58,531 nucleotides of DNA from a virus (Duplodnaviria; Caudoviricetes). The translations under genes and the position numbers were made by a program. This document shows, piece after piece, positions 56,072 through 58,531 of the stretch; the stretch's first letter is position 1; every line of letters starts with the position of its first letter. The stretch spans positions 1 to 58,531 of IMG/VR virus record IMGVR_UViG_3300032297_000473; one strand, 5' to 3'. The notes beneath the pieces are model-generated. The model was not told the origin of the DNA. It worked only from the letters and a program-made list of their open reading frames with translations, and searched no databases.

Positions 56072-57286
56072 ATGGCAAAAACAAGTAAAAACACAAATGA
56101 ATCCGATGATTCAAAGAAGAAAAGCACAAAATCTGTTAGTAAGAACGATTCTCTATTAGCAAATTTAGCAGCGGAATTAAATAAAAATAACAAAGAAGGT
56201 GGCAAGATTGCATACTTTCTTGATGAGCAAGATGATCCATCTACAATCAGTGATTGGATTAGCACCGGTTCAAGTTTATTGGATCTTGCAATTAGCAATC
56301 GACCAAATGGTGGATTGCCAGTTGGACGAATGGTTGAATTTAACGGCTTAGAAGGAACCGGAAAAAGTTTGGTGAGCGCACACATTGTAGCGAATACACA
56401 AAAGAAAGGCGGCAAAGCAATTTTTATTGATACAGAAAATGCTGCCGCGCCTGACTTTTGGAAGAGTTTGGGTGTAGATTTATCAAATCTATTGTATATT
56501 CAACGTGAAACAGTAGAAGATATTTTTACCACAATGGAGCAAGCAATCGCATATATTCGTAAAGATCAACCCGATGCGTTGTTAACAATTATTGTTGATA
56601 GTGTAGCAGCAGCATCTACAAAAGCTGAAATGGAAAGTGATCATGGTAAAGACGGATATGCCACTGGTAAAGCAATTATTATTAGTAAAGCACTTCGTAA
56701 AATTACTAGTATGATCGGTCGTCAAAAAGTATTAATTGTATTCACAAATCAATTACGTCAAAATTTAAATGCAAGTCCTTTTGGTGATCAATATACAGTT
56801 AGCGGTGGTAAAGGATTACCTTATCATTGCAGTGTTCGTGTACGACTAAACAACGCAGGTCAATTAAAGTTACCAGATAAGACTGTTATTGGTAATGAAT
56901 GTAAAGCTGTGGTTGTAAAGAATCGTATGGGACCACCACAACGTCATGTCTTTTTCAATATTTATTTTGATAGCGGTATTGCTGATTATGCAAGCTGGTT
57001 AGAAGTATTGAAAGAAAAAGCTTATGTTAAACCAGCCGGTAGTGCGGGATTAAAATATGTTGCATTGAACGGAGAAGAAGTTGTATTTAAATCTGAAAAC
57101 TTCATCAAGCTGTTGGATGAACGTCCAGAGTTTAAGACCGAAATGTATAATCGTATTTGCGATGCAGTAATTATGCAATATAAAAATGCAAACAGCACTA
57201 TCATTGAGTCATCAGCAAATGTTGACGAAGATGCAGAAATGATCGCTGACGAATCAGACATTGATCATTCCGAAGAAAACAATTAA
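56072..57286 (+). CDS. uvsX: RecA/UvsX recombinase
   Basis: ISTGSSLLDLAI..GGLPVGR, GLEGTGKS, FIDTE, VDSVA, FTNQLR, GGKGL, VVKNRMGPP. Confidence 0.95.
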   Translation: MAKTSKNTNESDDSKKKSTKSVSKNDSLLANLAAELNKNNKEGGKIAYFLDEQDDPSTISDWISTGSSLLDLAISNRPNGGLPVGRMVEFNGLEGTGKSLVSAHIVANTQKKGGKAIFIDTENAAAPDFWKSLGVDLSNLLYIQRETVEDIFTTMEQAIAYIRKDQPDALLTIIVDSVAAASTKAEMESDHGKDGYATGKAIIISKALRKITSMIGRQKVLIVFTNQLRQNLNASPFGDQYTVSGGKGLPYHCSVRVRLNNAGQLKLPDKTVIGNECKAVVVKNRMGPPQRHVFFNIYFDSGIADYASWLEVLKEKAYVKPAGSAGLKYVALNGEEVVFKSENFIKLLDERPEFKTEMYNRICDAVIMQYKNANSTIIESSANVDEDAEMIADESDIDHSEENN

Positions 57287-57290
57287 TTAT

Positions 57291-58349
57291 ATGGACCCAA
57301 TCACATCAGAAGATCGTAAAAAGTTATTTTCTATGTTTCAAAACATGGAATTAAACACCAAACCTGTTGAACGTATGTTGAACAGTGAAATTCTTTTGGT
57401 TGATGGGTTAAATTGTTTCTTTCGTTCATTTATGGCTGTACCAAGCCTAAATGACAATGGATTACACGTTGGAGGCATAGCTGGCTTTTTACAAAGTATT
57501 GGCTATGCCTCCAAACTTTTAAATCCAACTCGTATTGTCATCGTTTTCGATGGCAGTGGTGGCAGTATGAAGCGCAGAAAAATATTTCCAGAATATAAAG
57601 AGCGCAGAAAAACTAATTTAAAGTATAATAGAAGTTATGAGGAATTGACGACCGATGAACAAGAAGATAGAAATATTCAATCCCAATTGTTACGACTGAT
57701 TGGATATCTTGATGCATTGCCTGTGACTGTCATGAGTGTCGATCATGTAGAAGCAGACGACACAATTGCATACGCGGCAAATGAATATTTTAAAGATAGC
57801 AATAAAGTATATATCATGAGCACAGACAAGGATTATTTACAATTGGTCAATGAAAAGATCAATGTATGGAGTCCAACCAAAAAGAAACTCTATGGATGTG
57901 CAGAAATTTTGTTGGAGTACGGAATTAGCTGTGAAAACTTTCTAAATTACAGAATACTTAGTGGTGATGAAAGTGACAATATTGATGGAATACAAGGCAG
58001 TGGATTAAAAACTGTATTAAAGTGTTTTCCACAATTTGCAGAGCACACCCAACTGTCATTGGAGCAAATATATGCACATTGCGAACAGAACAAAAAGAAA
58101 TATAAATTGTATTCTACCATTTTAGAAAACAAGAGCATTGTTGAAAGAAATTATGCACTGATGCAATTGAAAGATACACAATTACAATCATTTACACAAT
58201 TGCGTGTTAATGAAATACTTAATAAACCTATTGGAATATTAAATAGAATGCGTTTTAGCAAATTGATTGCAGAAGATAGAATGTGGAACAATATAAAAAA
58301 TCATCACACTTGGTTATCGGATACATTCGGTCGATTGATCGTCTCCTAA
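57291..58349 (+). CDS. 5'-3' exonuclease / RNase H (T4 rnh, FEN-like)
   Basis: LVDGLN.FFR, VFDG, YK..R, EADD, STDKDYLQL, GD.SDNI.GI.G.G.KT; ATG 57291 preferred. Confidence 0.9.
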   Translation: MDPITSEDRKKLFSMFQNMELNTKPVERMLNSEILLVDGLNCFFRSFMAVPSLNDNGLHVGGIAGFLQSIGYASKLLNPTRIVIVFDGSGGSMKRRKIFPEYKERRKTNLKYNRSYEELTTDEQEDRNIQSQLLRLIGYLDALPVTVMSVDHVEADDTIAYAANEYFKDSNKVYIMSTDKDYLQLVNEKINVWSPTKKKLYGCAEILLEYGISCENFLNYRILSGDESDNIDGIQGSGLKTVLKCFPQFAEHTQLSLEQIYAHCEQNKKKYKLYSTILENKSIVERNYALMQLKDTQLQSFTQLRVNEILNKPIGILNRMRFSKLIAEDRMWNNIKNHHTWLSDTFGRLIVS

Positions 58350-58367
58350 CTTTCAGAATATAATAAG

Positions 58368-58396
58368 TTGCGGAACTGAAAAACATCGTCTATAGT
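58368..58396 (+). promoter_or_regulatory. putative sigma70-type promoter
   Basis: TTGCGG-17-TATAGT upstream of the truncated last ORF. Confidence 0.55.
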
Positions 58397-58442
58397 GGAC
58401 ACTCGCTTAGAGAAAGTTGGTAGAAACTATAACACATATTAT

Positions 58443-58531
58443 ATGCAAGTAATCGATAACCTAAAAAAGTTCGGACCTGAATTTCAACTTAAGTGCATCA
58501 GCGGCTTAATTAGTGATAAGCCATTCATGGA
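58443..58531 (+). CDS. 5' fragment of probable replicative helicase (truncated by window)
   Basis: Open frame MQVIDNLKKFGPEFQLKCISGLISDKPFM to window end; follows ssb-uvsX-rnh; no catalytic motif visible. Confidence 0.45.
   Translation, partial: MQVIDNLKKFGPEFQLKCISGLISDKPFM

Noticed and set aside
6996-57286. Introns or inteins in terL, MCP, polA or uvsX
   Set aside because: ORFs are uninterrupted and I saw no intein splice motifs; both endonucleases are intergenic
5473-57290. Upstream starts in the ORF track (5473, 12353, 21839, 41549, 42881, 54558, 57261)
   Set aside because: They overlap terminators or neighbouring genes; downstream ATGs fit promoter spacing, ATGA coupling or leader motifs better
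1-58531. Stop-codon reassignment
   Set aside because: Core genes are full length in the standard code; TAA, TGA and TAG all end genes at sensible positions

Overview
AT-rich, almost entirely plus-strand segment of a large T4-like (myovirus, contractile-tail) phage genome, standard genetic code, no tRNA/CRISPR seen. Order: virion proteins, tail sheath, TerL, portal, prohead protease, scaffold, major capsid protein, a block of small accessory genes, neck and tail-terminator genes, long Ser/Thr/Gly-rich fibres, an Mtd-N/RCC1/glycosyltransferase module, tail tube, tail chaperone, tape measure, baseplate, then replication genes (family A polymerase, gp32-like SSB, UvsX/RecA, 5'-3' exonuclease, start of a helicase). 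Two free-standing GIY-YIG endonucleases are present. Main hidden signals: (1) a repeated cassette of late promoter TATTTAT + near-leaderless ATG + N-terminal M-I-x-L-x-x-L-L-x-E peptide (candidate capsid-targeting/protease-cleaved signal) on unrelated enzymes (ADP-ribosyltransferase-like, HAD phosphatase, flavoprotein); (2) a [S/T]-[G/A]-S tripeptide enriched in exposed virion proteins next to phage glycosyltransferases (candidate glycosylation sequon); (3) recoding of all 38 Pro-Gly pairs I read to avoid CCWGG, and probable CTGCAG avoidance; (4) a +1/-2 frameshift site in the tail chaperone; (5) an anti-SD RNA switch in the scaffold/capsid leader and a gene-32-like structured SSB leader. All functional calls come from motif recognition and synteny; no database searches were run.
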